64,000 nucleotides of DNA from an uncultured Dehalococcoidia bacterium (GTDB lineage: Bacteria > Chloroflexota > Dehalococcoidia > DSTF01 > JACRBR01). The notes beneath the pieces were generated by a model. That model was not told the DNA's origin, ran no database searches, and was given only the letters and a program-made list of their open reading frames with translations. The stretch is from NCBI GenBank assembly GCA_964599885.1, contig CAZRHH010000010.1, forward strand, positions 2,507 through 66,506, given 5' to 3'. Each line of letters begins with the position of its first letter. Within the stretch, counting starts at the first letter, position 1. The translations under genes and the position numbers were made by a program. Shown piece by piece: positions 1 through 10,294 of the stretch.

Positions 1-1086
1 CCCGAGTCCGGCGTCGGCCCGACGCATCGGCGCAGCGAGTACTGGGAGTATTTCGGCGCGGACGGGCAACTGGCCACGTTGCGAACAGAGGTTCGCGACG
101 AGGTGAGCGGCAGTCTGTTGAGTACAGGCGAATGGGTTGACGGCGAAATGGTCTTCACCGACGCCGTGACCGGTGAAGTCAACACATACCCGCTCGATTC
201 GTCGATTGAGTCCCTGCGAGCCACCTTGAGCGAGGCCACGAACGCCACGTCCGGCGAGGTTCTGAAGCCCGACGCCGCGCCGGAACGCACGCAGGTCGAC
301 GGAAAGCCCGCATACGTGGTCGAGATGGTTTCCGAAGGCGTCTCGACCCGCATGGTCATCGACGAAGAGAGTTTTCGGCCCGTGCAGTTCGAGAGCGAGA
401 AGGATGGCATGGTCGTTGCGAGCGGCACGATGCCGGTGTTCGAGATCCTCGACGGGAACGCCGTCCCGGCCTCGTGTTCAACTAGTTCGCTCGCTTCTGA
501 ACCAGCGGAAGGGCGCGGAGCGGCGACCAACTGCGGCACCGAGACGCCCTCGCCCAGTTCTAACTGCTGCAGCCTGCAACTCGACTTTGATCTCCGGGAG
601 CCAGGCATCCAGGCTTCGCAAGCTGTGGCCGTGGGGGTGATCACCTACATCGATGTTGTACTGGGCAAATCCGCCACCGATATCAGCGCCCTGCAATTCA
701 CCATCATGTACGACGACACGCTGTTGGCACCGATCCTTGGCGACTCCGGCACGGTCAACGGCAATCCCGATTTCAACGACGGGGTTCTCGGCACCGCGTG
801 GTCATGCGGCTTGTCGCCCGGTTCAGGCACGCCCGACAGTGATCCGGCCACTGGCCCGGGCCACGGAGTCGCTACCCTCTCATGCTTCACGACGACGACG
901 CCCGCAATGCTTACCGCGCCGACCGTGATCGCGACGCTGCGGCTCACTGCCGTCGCGCCCGGCGAGTCGAACCTCGAGATCACGGGCTTGGTGTCCGATT
1001 TCGACGGCGTGCAACTCGGCAGCTGTGAACCGGGATTTGATATCGACATGACATGCGTCGGCGGAACACTCACGGTCGTTCCGTGA
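1..1086 (+). CDS. Secreted/surface protein with C-terminal cohesin-like domain (5' partial)
   Basis: Frame is open from base 1; C-terminal beta-sandwich with cohesin-like pattern 'IDVVLG..DISALQFTIMYDDTLL ... VIATLRLTAVAPGESNLEI'. Confidence 0.55.
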   Translation, partial: PESGVGPTHRRSEYWEYFGADGQLATLRTEVRDEVSGSLLSTGEWVDGEMVFTDAVTGEVNTYPLDSSIESLRATLSEATNATSGEVLKPDAAPERTQVDGKPAYVVEMVSEGVSTRMVIDEESFRPVQFESEKDGMVVASGTMPVFEILDGNAVPASCSTSSLASEPAEGRGAATNCGTETPSPSSNCCSLQLDFDLREPGIQASQAVAVGVITYIDVVLGKSATDISALQFTIMYDDTLLAPILGDSGTVNGNPDFNDGVLGTAWSCGLSPGSGTPDSDPATGPGHGVATLSCFTTTTPAMLTAPTVIATLRLTAVAPGESNLEITGLVSDFDGVQLGSCEPGFDIDMTCVGGTLTVVP

Positions 1087-1108
1087 CCGTCACGTCTCGG
1101 CGTACTAG

Positions 1109-2392
1109 TCAGCGTAGTCGCACAACCGCCGCCACATCCGCCAGCGCCAGCCGCTGTTCGCTGTGATCACCCAGATTCCGCAGCGTCACCTCGCCCGCCC
1201 CCAGCTCGTCCGCGCCGATGATTGCGACATTCCGGGCGCCCTTCGCGTCAGCATGCCGCATCTGCGCCTTCAGGCTGCGGCCAGCGCTTCCGACGAGCAC
1301 CTGCGCGCCGCTCGCCCGCACGGCCGACGCCAGCCGCAGCGCCGCCTCCGCCGCCTCCGGCGTCAGATGCGCGATAAACAGCGCCGGCGCCGACGCGTCC
1401 GGCACTTCGGCGCCGTCTCGCTTGAGATTGATGATTAGCCGCTCGATCCCTGTCCCGAAGCCCACGCCCGGCGTCGGTGGTCCGCCGAGCAGTTCCATCA
1501 GGCCATCGTAGCGGCCGCCGCCACCCAGGCTGCTCTGCGAGCCCTCGACCGACGGCTGCATCTCGAACGCCGTGCGCGCGTAGTAGTCCAGCCCCCGCAC
1601 CAGCCGATCATCAATCTCGAACGCCACGCCCAGCGTGGTGAGATACCCCTGAAGCGCCGAAAAGTGCTCGCGGCACGGGTCGCACAGGTGATCGCGCAGC
1701 CGCGGGGCTCCGGCGATCACGGGCTGGCAGCGCTCGACCTTGCAGTCGAGCAGCCGCATCGGGTTCTTGGCGAACCTCCCACGGTCGTCCGCGCATACCT
1801 GGTCGAGGAACGGTTCGTAGTACGATTTTAGTGCTGTGATATAACCCGGGCGGCAAACCACATCACCAATCGAGTTGATTTTGAGCGTGAACGCCTGCAA
1901 CCCCAGCTCTCGATAAAACGTCGCCAGCAAGTCGATCACTTCCGCGTCGATCAGCGGCCCAGGGTCGCCGATCGCCTCCACACCAAACTGGACGTGCTGG
2001 CGGTACCGCCCCGCCTGCGGGCGGTCGTACCGGAAGTTCGGCGCAATATAGAACAGCCGCACCGGCTGCGGCAGACTGCCCATCCCGTGCTCCAGGTAGG
2101 CCCTTGCCACGCTCGCCGTGCCCTCCGGGCGCAGCGCTAGCGTGTCCTCCCCCCGGTCCGCGAAGAGGTACACCTCTTTGTCGACGATGTCCGTGCCCTC
2201 GCCCGACGTCCGCAGAAACACGCCCGCGTGCTCGAAGATCGGCGTATCGATGCGGTGATATCCGAACAGGCCGCATACCCGCTCCGCCGTGTCCCGGACG
2301 AAGTTCCAGTACGGCCAGTCCTCCGGCAGGATGTCGTAGGTGCCGCGCGGGGAGGCGAACTTTTCGGGCTTGGTAGGGCGTTTGCTGCTCAT
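1109..2392 (-). CDS. hisS: Histidine--tRNA ligase
   Basis: PRGTYDILP, LALRPEGTA, FRYDRPQAGRYRQ, LVRGLDYY, GGGGRYDGL motifs; ATG at 2392. Confidence 0.97.
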   Translation of the reverse strand: MSSKRPTKPEKFASPRGTYDILPEDWPYWNFVRDTAERVCGLFGYHRIDTPIFEHAGVFLRTSGEGTDIVDKEVYLFADRGEDTLALRPEGTASVARAYLEHGMGSLPQPVRLFYIAPNFRYDRPQAGRYRQHVQFGVEAIGDPGPLIDAEVIDLLATFYRELGLQAFTLKINSIGDVVCRPGYITALKSYYEPFLDQVCADDRGRFAKNPMRLLDCKVERCQPVIAGAPRLRDHLCDPCREHFSALQGYLTTLGVAFEIDDRLVRGLDYYARTAFEMQPSVEGSQSSLGGGGRYDGLMELLGGPPTPGVGFGTGIERLIINLKRDGAEVPDASAPALFIAHLTPEAAEAALRLASAVRASGAQVLVGSAGRSLKAQMRHADAKGARNVAIIGADELGAGEVTLRNLGDHSEQRLALADVAAVVRLR

Positions 2393-2495
2393 CTGGCCGA
2401 AGCATACCAGCACCCACCGCGGCCGGGCGATCCGTCCGATACACTACATACGTACGCGCAGGCGTACGGACGTCCAGCAGACCGGGAGCAGCGCG

Positions 2496-2732
2496 ATGAC
2501 CCGACGCATGACCATCGTCTTCGACGACGAGGCGCTCTACACCGCCCTCAAGGTGGAAGCCGCCCGCACCCATCGCCCCGCCAAGGACATCGTCGCCGAC
2601 GCGCTCCACATCCTCTTTGACGCCACCCCCGACGAATGCGAGGCGCTCCTTGGACGCGCCCGCAACCACGGCGCGGAGCGCCGGACGGTGGCCGTCGACC
2701 GCATCCTCGAAGACCTCGGGCTCCGGCGGTAA
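2496..2732 (+). CDS. Small ribbon-helix-helix (CopG-like) protein
   Basis: 78 aa MTRRMTIVFDDEALYTALKVEAAR..KDIVADAL with RHH pattern; GGGAG RBS; ends 9 bp before rel. Confidence 0.6.
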   Translation: MTRRMTIVFDDEALYTALKVEAARTHRPAKDIVADALHILFDATPDECEALLGRARNHGAERRTVAVDRILEDLGLRR

Positions 2733-2741
2733 CGCAGAACC

Positions 2742-4952
2742 ATGACGACCATCGCCCAGGATCCCTCCGTCCAGCCGCTGATCGAGAAGGTCACGCAGTA
2801 CCTGCCCGCCGACCGCATTCCGCTGATCGAGGAAGCGTTCGCGTTCGCCGCGCAGTCCCACGCCGGCCAGACGCGCCTCACCGGCGAGCCCTACATCGTG
2901 CATCCCCTCGACGCCGCGATGACGGTCGCCAACTTGCAGCTCGATTCCGCCGCCGTCGCCGCCACGCTCCTGCACGATGTCCAGGAGGACTGCGGCGTGC
3001 CAAACGCCGAGATCAGCCGCCGCTTCGGCGCCGAAGTCGCCAAGCTCGTTGACGGCGCAACCAAGCTCGACAAGATCGCCTGGCGCGCGCCGAGCGAACG
3101 TCCCGGCGATCAGTCGATCCAGGCCGAGAACCTCCGCAAGATGTTCCTCGCCATGGCCGAGGACATCCGCGTCGTTATCATCAAGCTCGCCGATCGCCTC
3201 CACAACATGCGCACGCTCGATGCGAAGCCGCCCGAGAAGCGCAAGCGCACTGCGCAGGAGACGATGGAGATCTACGCGCCGCTCGCCAACCGGCTCGGCA
3301 TCTGGCAGATCAAGTGGGAACTGGAAGATCTTTCGTTCCGCCACCTCGAACCGGAGCGCTACAAGCAGATCGCCAAGCTGATCCAGTCGAAGCGCACCGT
3401 CCGCGAGCGCTACGTCGCGCAGGTCGAACGCATTCTGAAGGAAGAACTGGAGAAGAACGGCATCACCGCCGAGGTGAAAGGCCGCGCGAAGCACATCTAC
3501 TCGATCGCGCAGAAGGCCGACAAGTACGCCGCGCAAGAGAAAAGCTTCGAGCAGATCTACGATCTGCTCGCGCTGCGCGTCATCGTCGACGGCATCGGCG
3601 ATTGCTATAACGCGCTCGGCGTCGTGCACGGGCTCTGGCACCCGGTCCCCGGCCAGTTCGACGACTACATCGCCAGCCCGAAGGAAAGTCTCTACCAGTC
3701 GTTGCACACAACCGTGATGGCGATCGGCGCCCGCCCCCTCGAAATCCAGATCCGCACCAGCGAGATGCACCAGCTCGCCGAGCATGGCGTCGCCGCGCAC
3801 TGGCGATACAAGGAGACAGCCGACGGCAAGCGCGACGCGCGCTATGAAGATCGCATGGCGTGGCTGCGCCAGCTTCTCGAATGGCAGCGCGAGATGTCCG
3901 CCGCCGAAGAGTTCGTCGAATCCGTAAAGACGGATCTCTTCCGCGATCAGGTCTTCGTCTACACACCGAAGGGCGAGATCAAGGAGATGCCCGCCGGCGC
4001 GACGCCAATCGATTTCGCGTACCGCGTGCATACGGAACTCGGACACCGCACCGTCGGCGCAAAAGCGAATGGCCGTCTCGTACCGCTCAACTACCAGATG
4101 CAAAACGGCGACGTCGTCGAGATTCTCGCCGGTAAAACGTCACGCGGCCCGTCACGCGACTGGCTCAACCAGAATCTCGGCTACATCAAGACGGGCCACT
4201 CACGCGAGAAAATCCGGCAGTGGTACAAGAAGGAAGAACGCGCCGAAAACATCGAACGCGGCCGCGAGATCATCGAGAAGGAACTTCGCCGCCTCAACCT
4301 ATCGCTCAGCGAGTGCCAGGACGACGTGTTGCGCATCTTCAAGTACGAACAGCTCGACGACTTTCTCGCCGCGCTCGGTTACGGCGGCGTCAGCTCCGCG
4401 CACATTCCGGCGCGACTCGCCCCGCTCGTACACAAGGAAGACGAACACGAACTGCCGGACATCGAAGGACCGACGGAGCGCGTCACGACGCATACCGTGC
4501 AGGTACTCGGCGTCGGCGATCTTCTCACGCAGATCGCGCGCTGCTGCAACCCCGTGCCCGGCGACAAGATCATGGGTTACGTCACACGCAGCCGCGGCGT
4601 CACGGTTCACCGCGAGAATTGCTTCAACGTCCTGCACGAAGACGAAAAAGATCGTCTGGTCGATGTCGAATGGGGTCGCACCGGGCAGACGTATCCCGTG
4701 GCCGTCCACATCGAAGCGTGGGACCGTGTCGGCCTGCTCCGCGACGTCTCGACGATCGTCTCCGAAGACAAGGTGAACATGCTCGGCGTCCGCACCGAGC
4801 ACGGCGACCGCACCACCGACGTCTACCTGACGCTCGAGACAACGGGCGTCGCGCAACTCAGCCGCCTCATGGGCCGACTCGAATCCGTGCGCGGTGTGAT
4901 CACCGTCAACCGCCAGGTAGACGGGGCCCGCCGCTCCACCGGCTCCCTCTAA
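2742..4952 (+). CDS. relA: Bifunctional (p)ppGpp synthetase/hydrolase Rel
   Basis: GEPYIVHP, LLHDVQED hydrolase motif, KLADRLHNMRTL, YQSLHTTV, TGS (VFVYTPKG, DFAYRVHT), CC-NP zinc finger, ACT domain. Confidence 0.97.
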   Translation: MTTIAQDPSVQPLIEKVTQYLPADRIPLIEEAFAFAAQSHAGQTRLTGEPYIVHPLDAAMTVANLQLDSAAVAATLLHDVQEDCGVPNAEISRRFGAEVAKLVDGATKLDKIAWRAPSERPGDQSIQAENLRKMFLAMAEDIRVVIIKLADRLHNMRTLDAKPPEKRKRTAQETMEIYAPLANRLGIWQIKWELEDLSFRHLEPERYKQIAKLIQSKRTVRERYVAQVERILKEELEKNGITAEVKGRAKHIYSIAQKADKYAAQEKSFEQIYDLLALRVIVDGIGDCYNALGVVHGLWHPVPGQFDDYIASPKESLYQSLHTTVMAIGARPLEIQIRTSEMHQLAEHGVAAHWRYKETADGKRDARYEDRMAWLRQLLEWQREMSAAEEFVESVKTDLFRDQVFVYTPKGEIKEMPAGATPIDFAYRVHTELGHRTVGAKANGRLVPLNYQMQNGDVVEILAGKTSRGPSRDWLNQNLGYIKTGHSREKIRQWYKKEERAENIERGREIIEKELRRLNLSLSECQDDVLRIFKYEQLDDFLAALGYGGVSSAHIPARLAPLVHKEDEHELPDIEGPTERVTTHTVQVLGVGDLLTQIARCCNPVPGDKIMGYVTRSRGVTVHRENCFNVLHEDEKDRLVDVEWGRTGQTYPVAVHIEAWDRVGLLRDVSTIVSEDKVNMLGVRTEHGDRTTDVYLTLETTGVAQLSRLMGRLESVRGVITVNRQVDGARRSTGSL

Positions 4953-5114
4953 CCCGAAACTCGCCGCACCCCGGCGCTCTCTTTCTCTGCTCTTCGTTCT
5001 CTGTTTCCTGCTCTCTACTCCGGCCTCCGACCTCCGGCCGCCTAAACCCAACTCTCTGTGCCTCTGTGGTGAAAAACCTATCCCGCTACCCGTCTCCCGC
5101 TTCTACAATGCGCC

Positions 5115-6332
5115 ATGATCACGTTCCGCCCGCTACAAAACGACGCCGAATACGTCGCCCACTGCTTCATCGACGCCTACGCCTTCAACGGCGATCGCAC
5201 GCCCGAAGGTACCGAGCGGCGCCGCCCCGTCGAGCCGCCCGACACATGCTTTGGCGCGTTCGATGGCGACGAGCTGATCGCTGGGCTGGCGATCGCACCG
5301 ATGCAGCTCTACATCAACGGCGCGCCGATCGACGCCGGCGGCATCGGCAGCGTCAGTTGTCTGCCGGAACATCGCCGCGCCGGCCACGTCGCCGGCCTGC
5401 TGAAGTACGGGCTGCAGACGATGTTCGATCGCGGACAGGTCCTCTCCGGGCTCTTCACGCCGCACCACGCGTTGTACGGCCGCTACGGCTGGGAAGCCTC
5501 GAGCCGCGTCACGGCATACAGCTTCGAGCCAAAGGCCGTCGCTCTCCGCCACCCGCGTCCGGCCGGAACGATTGCGCGCGCAACGGCCGACGACTGGCCG
5601 CTTCTGCAAGAGATCTACACGCAGCGCGCATCGCACCAGAATCTCGCGCTCGTCCGTGACGAAGCGTGGTGGCGCCATCATGTCATCGGCCAGCGCGACG
5701 GCAAGACGCGTGACGTCGCCGTCTGGCGCAACGCCGCCGGCGACGCGCGCGGCTACATCGTCTACATGAGCATCAGGTCGCAGCGCGGCAACAATCCCTG
5801 GGGTGAAACGACGTTTCGCGTCTTCGACTACATCGCGCTCGACGGCGACGCGTACACCGCGCTGATCGCATTCGCCGCCGGCCACGACCTGAGCGACAAG
5901 ATCATGTTCCTCGGCCCGGCCGATGAGCCGATCAACGCGCTGCTCGAGGAACCCGACATTGTCGAACAGCGCGCCTGGTTCGGCGTCCTGCTGCGCATCG
6001 TCGACGTCCAGAAAGCGCTCGAAGCACGCCCCGCGCTCCCGCACGCGTCCGGGGCGTCGCTGACGATCGCCGTCACCGACAGCATCCTCAGCGCCAACGA
6101 AGCGACATGGCACATCGACTGCCGCGAAGCCCGCGTCTCCGTCGAAACGACGCACGTTGCCGCCGACATCGAGATGGATGTCCGTGCACTCGCGCCGTTA
6201 TTTGCCGGCGCAACCACTCCGTCCGAAGCCGCCCGCACGGGCGCCATCCGCATCAACAACGCGCACGCGCTCGACGCCGCAACAGCAATCTTCGCCGCCA
6301 ACGGCACCCCGTTCTGCCACGACGACTATTAG
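5115..6332 (+). CDS. Eis-like GNAT acetyltransferase with C-terminal sterol-carrier-like domain
   Basis: GGIGSVSCLPEHRRAG, LYGRYGWE, LLRIVDVQKALE, C-terminal PFCHDDY typical of the Eis family. Confidence 0.85.
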   Translation: MITFRPLQNDAEYVAHCFIDAYAFNGDRTPEGTERRRPVEPPDTCFGAFDGDELIAGLAIAPMQLYINGAPIDAGGIGSVSCLPEHRRAGHVAGLLKYGLQTMFDRGQVLSGLFTPHHALYGRYGWEASSRVTAYSFEPKAVALRHPRPAGTIARATADDWPLLQEIYTQRASHQNLALVRDEAWWRHHVIGQRDGKTRDVAVWRNAAGDARGYIVYMSIRSQRGNNPWGETTFRVFDYIALDGDAYTALIAFAAGHDLSDKIMFLGPADEPINALLEEPDIVEQRAWFGVLLRIVDVQKALEARPALPHASGASLTIAVTDSILSANEATWHIDCREARVSVETTHVAADIEMDVRALAPLFAGATTPSEAARTGAIRINNAHALDAATAIFAANGTPFCHDDY

Positions 6333-6650
6333 TTGTACGAACAACGTTACTCAGAAGGCGTAGGGGCAGCTCGGCACTGCAAAACGAAGATTTGTACTTG
6401 CTGTGGCACGGACTTTTCGCCCGTAGCACTCTGGCCCGCCAACATGCGCGCCGCCACGAGCACATCAACGCGAGGTCGCGACGGAAACCACGGTAGGAGC
6501 GCACCCACGCGTGCGCCCGGATCGCGCACCGCAACGAACCACGGAGAACACCGAAGAGACGAACCAAAGCGGTTCGTCCCTCAGAAAAACTGCTTCCAGT
6601 TCTAGTCCAGGCCGCCCCACTTCCCACTTCCCACCTCCAACCGCCCCAGA

Positions 6651-7097
6651 TCACCCCACCCGGATCAGCAAAATAGGCAAGCTCGACTCGTGCAGCACCT
6701 GCTCCGCCACGCTGCCGAACATCAGCCGGTTGATGCCGCGCCGTGAGTGCGTCGCCATCGCGATGCCGTCGGCGTCGACTTCCTTCGCCGCCGTCACGAT
6801 CTGGCGCGCCGCCTGGCCCTGCAGGACCATCGTCTGCACCTTGACGCCCGCCGCGCGCACCTGCGCGGCCAGCCGATCGAGATAACTCTGCGCCTGGTCC
6901 GTGAACGCCGACCACGCCGCCGTGCCCCCGTGACTCTTACCCATCGCGCCGCGCTCGCTCCAGTCGGCGTTCACGGCATCGACGACGCGCAACAGCGTGA
7001 TCTCGGCGCCCATCACGCGCGCCAGGTCGATCGCGTGCGGAATCACAGACTCCGACCGCGCCGTGCCATCCAGCGTCACCAGCAGATGTTTGAACAT
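6651..7097 (-). CDS. Universal stress protein
   Basis: MFKHLLVTLDG ... IAMATHSRRG..RLMFGSVAEQVL. Confidence 0.92.
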   Translation of the reverse strand: MFKHLLVTLDGTARSESVIPHAIDLARVMGAEITLLRVVDAVNADWSERGAMGKSHGGTAAWSAFTDQAQSYLDRLAAQVRAAGVKVQTMVLQGQAARQIVTAAKEVDADGIAMATHSRRGINRLMFGSVAEQVLHESSLPILLIRVG

Positions 7098-7273
7098 GAT
7101 GAACCTCCCCCCGCAAATTTCCAATGCGACTCAAACAGTTATCGTCTCGCGGGGCATGCGGATGTGAGGGGGTAGCACCCGATCGCGCATGGCGATCGGA
7201 TCCCCCAGACCCACTACCCTAACCCGATCTCAGTATCGGCAGCCGGCGCCTATTCCCGTGCTACCATGCCGCG

Positions 7274-8239
7274 ATGTCACGGATTGTCGCCGTACTCGCC
7301 GCCACCGCATTCTGTGCGCTCACCATCGCCTGCGCGGCATCCGTAGACTCGCCGGAAGACGCGCCCGCGGCCACAACCACCTCACAAGGAGCATCCCCAG
7401 GGACGGCGTGTACGCCCAGCCAGCCGCGCGAACCCGGCGCCACGCAGGCCTCGATAGACGCTGGCGGCGTAGCGCGCGCCTACACGCTGCGCGTCCCGCC
7501 CGGGTACGATGGCAGCGCGCGCACGCCGCTCGTCTTCGCGTTTCACGGGTACGCGCAGACCGCCGTCGCAATCGCCAGCTACTCCCAGATCGGGGCGGCC
7601 ACGGACCGGGCCGGATACATCGCCGTTATTCCGGACGGTACGGGCACGCCGCAGTTTTGGAATACGCGGCAGACACCCGGCCGCGCCCAGGACGTCGAGT
7701 TCGTCGATGCGCTGCTGACAAGCGTGTCTGCGGAGTTGTGCGTCGACGCCGACCGCGTCTACGCCACGGGATACTCAAACGGCGGCGGAATGGCGCAGGC
7801 GCTCGCCTGTGCGCTCCCAGGACGGATCGCCGCCGTCGGGGTCGTCGCCGGCACATGGGTTCCGTGCCGCGCCAACGTCCCGCTCATCGCGTTTCACGGC
7901 ATCGAAGACCGCATCGTCCCCTACGCCGGCGGCGAGACGCCGCCCGAACTGGGGAGCATCGTCTTTCCGCCCGTCCGCCGTTCCGTCTCCGAGTGGGCAG
8001 GCGAGAGCGGCTGCAACAAGCTCGCGACGATCGCCCGCGTCTCAACCGAAGTCGAATTATCGATCTTCGGGAGCTGCGATGGCGCCGGTGAAGTCCTGCT
8101 CTACACCGTTATCGGTGGCGGCCACACGTGGCCGGGAGCGACGCCGCTCGACTTCCTCGGCTTCACAACAGCGCAGATCGACGCCTCTCAGCGCATGATG
8201 GAGTTCTTTAGCGCTCACACAGCCTCAGAGCGCCGATAG
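7274..8239 (+). CDS. LpqC/PHB-depolymerase-family esterase, lipoprotein
   Basis: Lipobox-like LTIAC; PLVFAFHG; GYSNGG nucleophile elbow; FHGIED; GGGHTWPG. Confidence 0.85.
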   Translation: MSRIVAVLAATAFCALTIACAASVDSPEDAPAATTTSQGASPGTACTPSQPREPGATQASIDAGGVARAYTLRVPPGYDGSARTPLVFAFHGYAQTAVAIASYSQIGAATDRAGYIAVIPDGTGTPQFWNTRQTPGRAQDVEFVDALLTSVSAELCVDADRVYATGYSNGGGMAQALACALPGRIAAVGVVAGTWVPCRANVPLIAFHGIEDRIVPYAGGETPPELGSIVFPPVRRSVSEWAGESGCNKLATIARVSTEVELSIFGSCDGAGEVLLYTVIGGGHTWPGATPLDFLGFTTAQIDASQRMMEFFSAHTASERR

Positions 8240-8322
8240 CGATCTACAACGACCTATTGACACCTTCGCTTCAAACGCGTAACCTCGCGCTTACGTAACC
8301 CGTACGTTACAGGAGTGTACCG

Positions 8323-8784
8323 ATGACCGCTGCAATCGAAAGCCTGCTGACAGTCCGTCGCTGCATCCACATCAACGCGACACCCGATCGCATCTGGCGC
8401 GAATTCGAAACGCTCGAACGCATGCAAGCGTGGTTCGGGACCGGCCACTCGCTCCTGGAGTACGAGCCGCGCGTCGGCGGCTGGGTCGAACTTGAAGTTG
8501 ATGCCTACGGCGAGACACTTCGCTTCGGCGGACGCATTACCGTCTTCGAGCCGCCGCACGAACTCACGTTCGAGGACGACTGGCTCCCGCCCCGCAACGG
8601 CATCTCCGAAACGATTCTCATCACACTGCGCCTCACACCCAACCGCGCCGGCACCATCGTGGAACTCCTGCTACACGGATTCGAACGCTTGGGCCAACGC
8701 GCAGCCGAAGTGCATCGCGGTCTCGAAGGCGGCTGGACCACGCGTCAGCTTGAAGCGTTGCGCCGCATCATCGAGGGAGCATGA
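8323..8784 (+). CDS. SRPBCC (AHSA1/START-like) domain protein
   Basis: RRCIHINATPDRIW, EPRVGG, EGGWT; overlaps the downstream ArsR gene. Confidence 0.85.
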   Translation: MTAAIESLLTVRRCIHINATPDRIWREFETLERMQAWFGTGHSLLEYEPRVGGWVELEVDAYGETLRFGGRITVFEPPHELTFEDDWLPPRNGISETILITLRLTPNRAGTIVELLLHGFERLGQRAAEVHRGLEGGWTTRQLEALRRIIEGA

Positions 8785-9134
8785 GCCGTCGCACCCAGGC
8801 CGTAGACGACGCCTTCCAGGCATTGTCCGATCCCACGCGCCGCGACATTCTCGACCTCCTGCGGCGTCGCGGCACACTCACGGCGGGTGCCATCGCGACC
8901 GCTCATGCCGAGATCAGCCGCCCGGGGGTCTCGCGCCATCTTCGCATCCTGAGGGAAGCGGGGCTCGTCATTGCCGAAGAGTCCGGCCGCGAACGCTGCT
9001 ACCGGCTCAACGTTGCCGCGCTCGCCAGCGTGCATCGCGATTGGTTCGCGCGCTTCACGCCGATGTGGGAAGACTCACTCACGCAACTCAAGTCGAACGT
9101 CGAAGGCACCACCCGAAAAAGGAAGGCAGGCTAA
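8781..9134 (+). CDS. ArsR/SmtB-family transcriptional regulator
   Basis: FQALSDPTRRDILDLL ... SRPGVSRHLRILREAGLV. Confidence 0.92.
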   Translation: MSRRTQAVDDAFQALSDPTRRDILDLLRRRGTLTAGAIATAHAEISRPGVSRHLRILREAGLVIAEESGRERCYRLNVAALASVHRDWFARFTPMWEDSLTQLKSNVEGTTRKRKAG

Positions 9135-9209
9135 ACCAACGGCCCCACCCGGTGCCCCAGTCCCCAATCCCCAGTCACATCCTCCACATCTGTGTCATCT
9201 GTGGATAGC

Positions 9210-9743
9210 CTAGATCGCCCCGCGCAGCACTTCCCGCTTGAACCAGTCCCACGGCTGCGCCTCCGCAAAGTGCAGCAGATACTCCTGCGCCATCTTCGGG
9301 ACCAACAACAACCCCAGCGGCGTCAGCGTCGAACGCCAAGACGACGGCGTCAATTGCGGCCAGAAGCGCGTCACCGCCGCCACGTACAACCACCAGTTCT
9401 CGAACAGATTCGGGAAGATGAACAGCATGATCCGGTCGTGCGTGATCTCGAAGAGCACCACACCGATCATCCGGTACGGGAACAGCAGCAATGCCGGCCA
9501 CCGCGCCCACGCATTCGTCCATCCGAGCGCCACGTAGAACTCGATCGACAGATAATACGAGTCGAGCACCTTGTCGACTGTGTGATAGCGCCCGTCGAAC
9601 CCGCCGAGATGCATCAGCGAAATCAGCACAACATCGAGCGTGTCGATAATCATCGACGCGATCCCGCCGAACAACGGCCAGCGCAAGATCGTCAGCGGGA
9701 TCAGCAGGCGCAGCGCAATGACGATCAGAGCGCCGGCGCTCAT
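9210..9743 (-). CDS. Hypothetical integral membrane protein
   Basis: Several hydrophobic segments; YHTVDKVLD and FPNLFE motifs; follows the comM 3' fragment. Confidence 0.65.
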   Translation of the reverse strand: MSAGALIVIALRLLIPLTILRWPLFGGIASMIIDTLDVVLISLMHLGGFDGRYHTVDKVLDSYYLSIEFYVALGWTNAWARWPALLLFPYRMIGVVLFEITHDRIMLFIFPNLFENWWLYVAAVTRFWPQLTPSSWRSTLTPLGLLLVPKMAQEYLLHFAEAQPWDWFKREVLRGAI

Positions 9744-9771
9744 GCGTCGCGCTGGGCGGCGCGGCGCGCCA

Positions 9772-10248
9772 TCAACCCCGCACGCGCTGGCGGTACTGGA
9801 TTGCCTCCGCAAGATGCGCCGAAGCGATGTCGTCGGCGCCGGACATGTCGGCGATCGTCCGCGCCAGCTTCAACACGCGATGAAACGCCCGCGCCGAAAG
9901 CGACAACTGCGCCATCGCCAGCCGCAAGAGTGATTGCGCCTGCTCGTCGAGCCGCGCCTGGCAGAATTCGCGCACTTCTGTCGGCGACATCTCCGCGTTG
10001 CACGTGTACCGCGTACAGGCGAACCGGCGCGTCTGCACCGCGCGCGACGCCTCCACCCGCTCCCGCACTTCCGCCGACGATTCGCCGACCGCGTTCGATG
10101 CCAGCTTCTCGTACTCCACGCGCGGCACTTCAACGAAGATGTCGATCCGGTCGAGCAACGGCCCTGAGATCCGCTTCTGGTACCGGCTCACCGTGGACTC
10201 TGAACATGAGCACTCCTTCGTTGGGTCGCCGTAGTACCCGCACGGGCA
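9772..10248 (-). pseudogene. comM: comM (YifB/Mg-chelatase-like ATPase), 3' fragment separated from its 5' part by the element
   Basis: CPCGYYGDPTKECSC..RYQKRISGPLLDRIDI ... LSARAFHRVLKLARTIAD..HLAEAIQYR. Confidence 0.95.
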
Positions 10249-10260
10249 TCCGTGCAGGTA
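10234..10260. repeat. Left attachment junction: 13-bp repeat GTACCCGCACGGG (10234-10246) inside the palindrome TACCCGCACGG-GCAT-CCGTGCAGGTA
   Basis: Same 13-mer at 44450-44462; 11-bp inverted arms with one mismatch centred on CA at 10247-10248. Confidence 0.85.
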
Positions 10261-10294
10261 AGAACTACACCAGGTTGGAGCGTGTGGTGCGGCT

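Noticed and set aside
1863-4103. Long antisense or alternate-frame ORFs (also 52295-54442, 4220-5659, 44438-45427, 13067-14137)
   Set aside because: Shadow frames of well-supported genes in high-GC DNA, with biased composition and no motifs.
6333-6605. Small Cys-containing ORF between the Eis-like and USP genes
   Set aside because: TTG start overlapping the upstream stop region, no RBS, no recognisable domain; competing ORFs on both strands.
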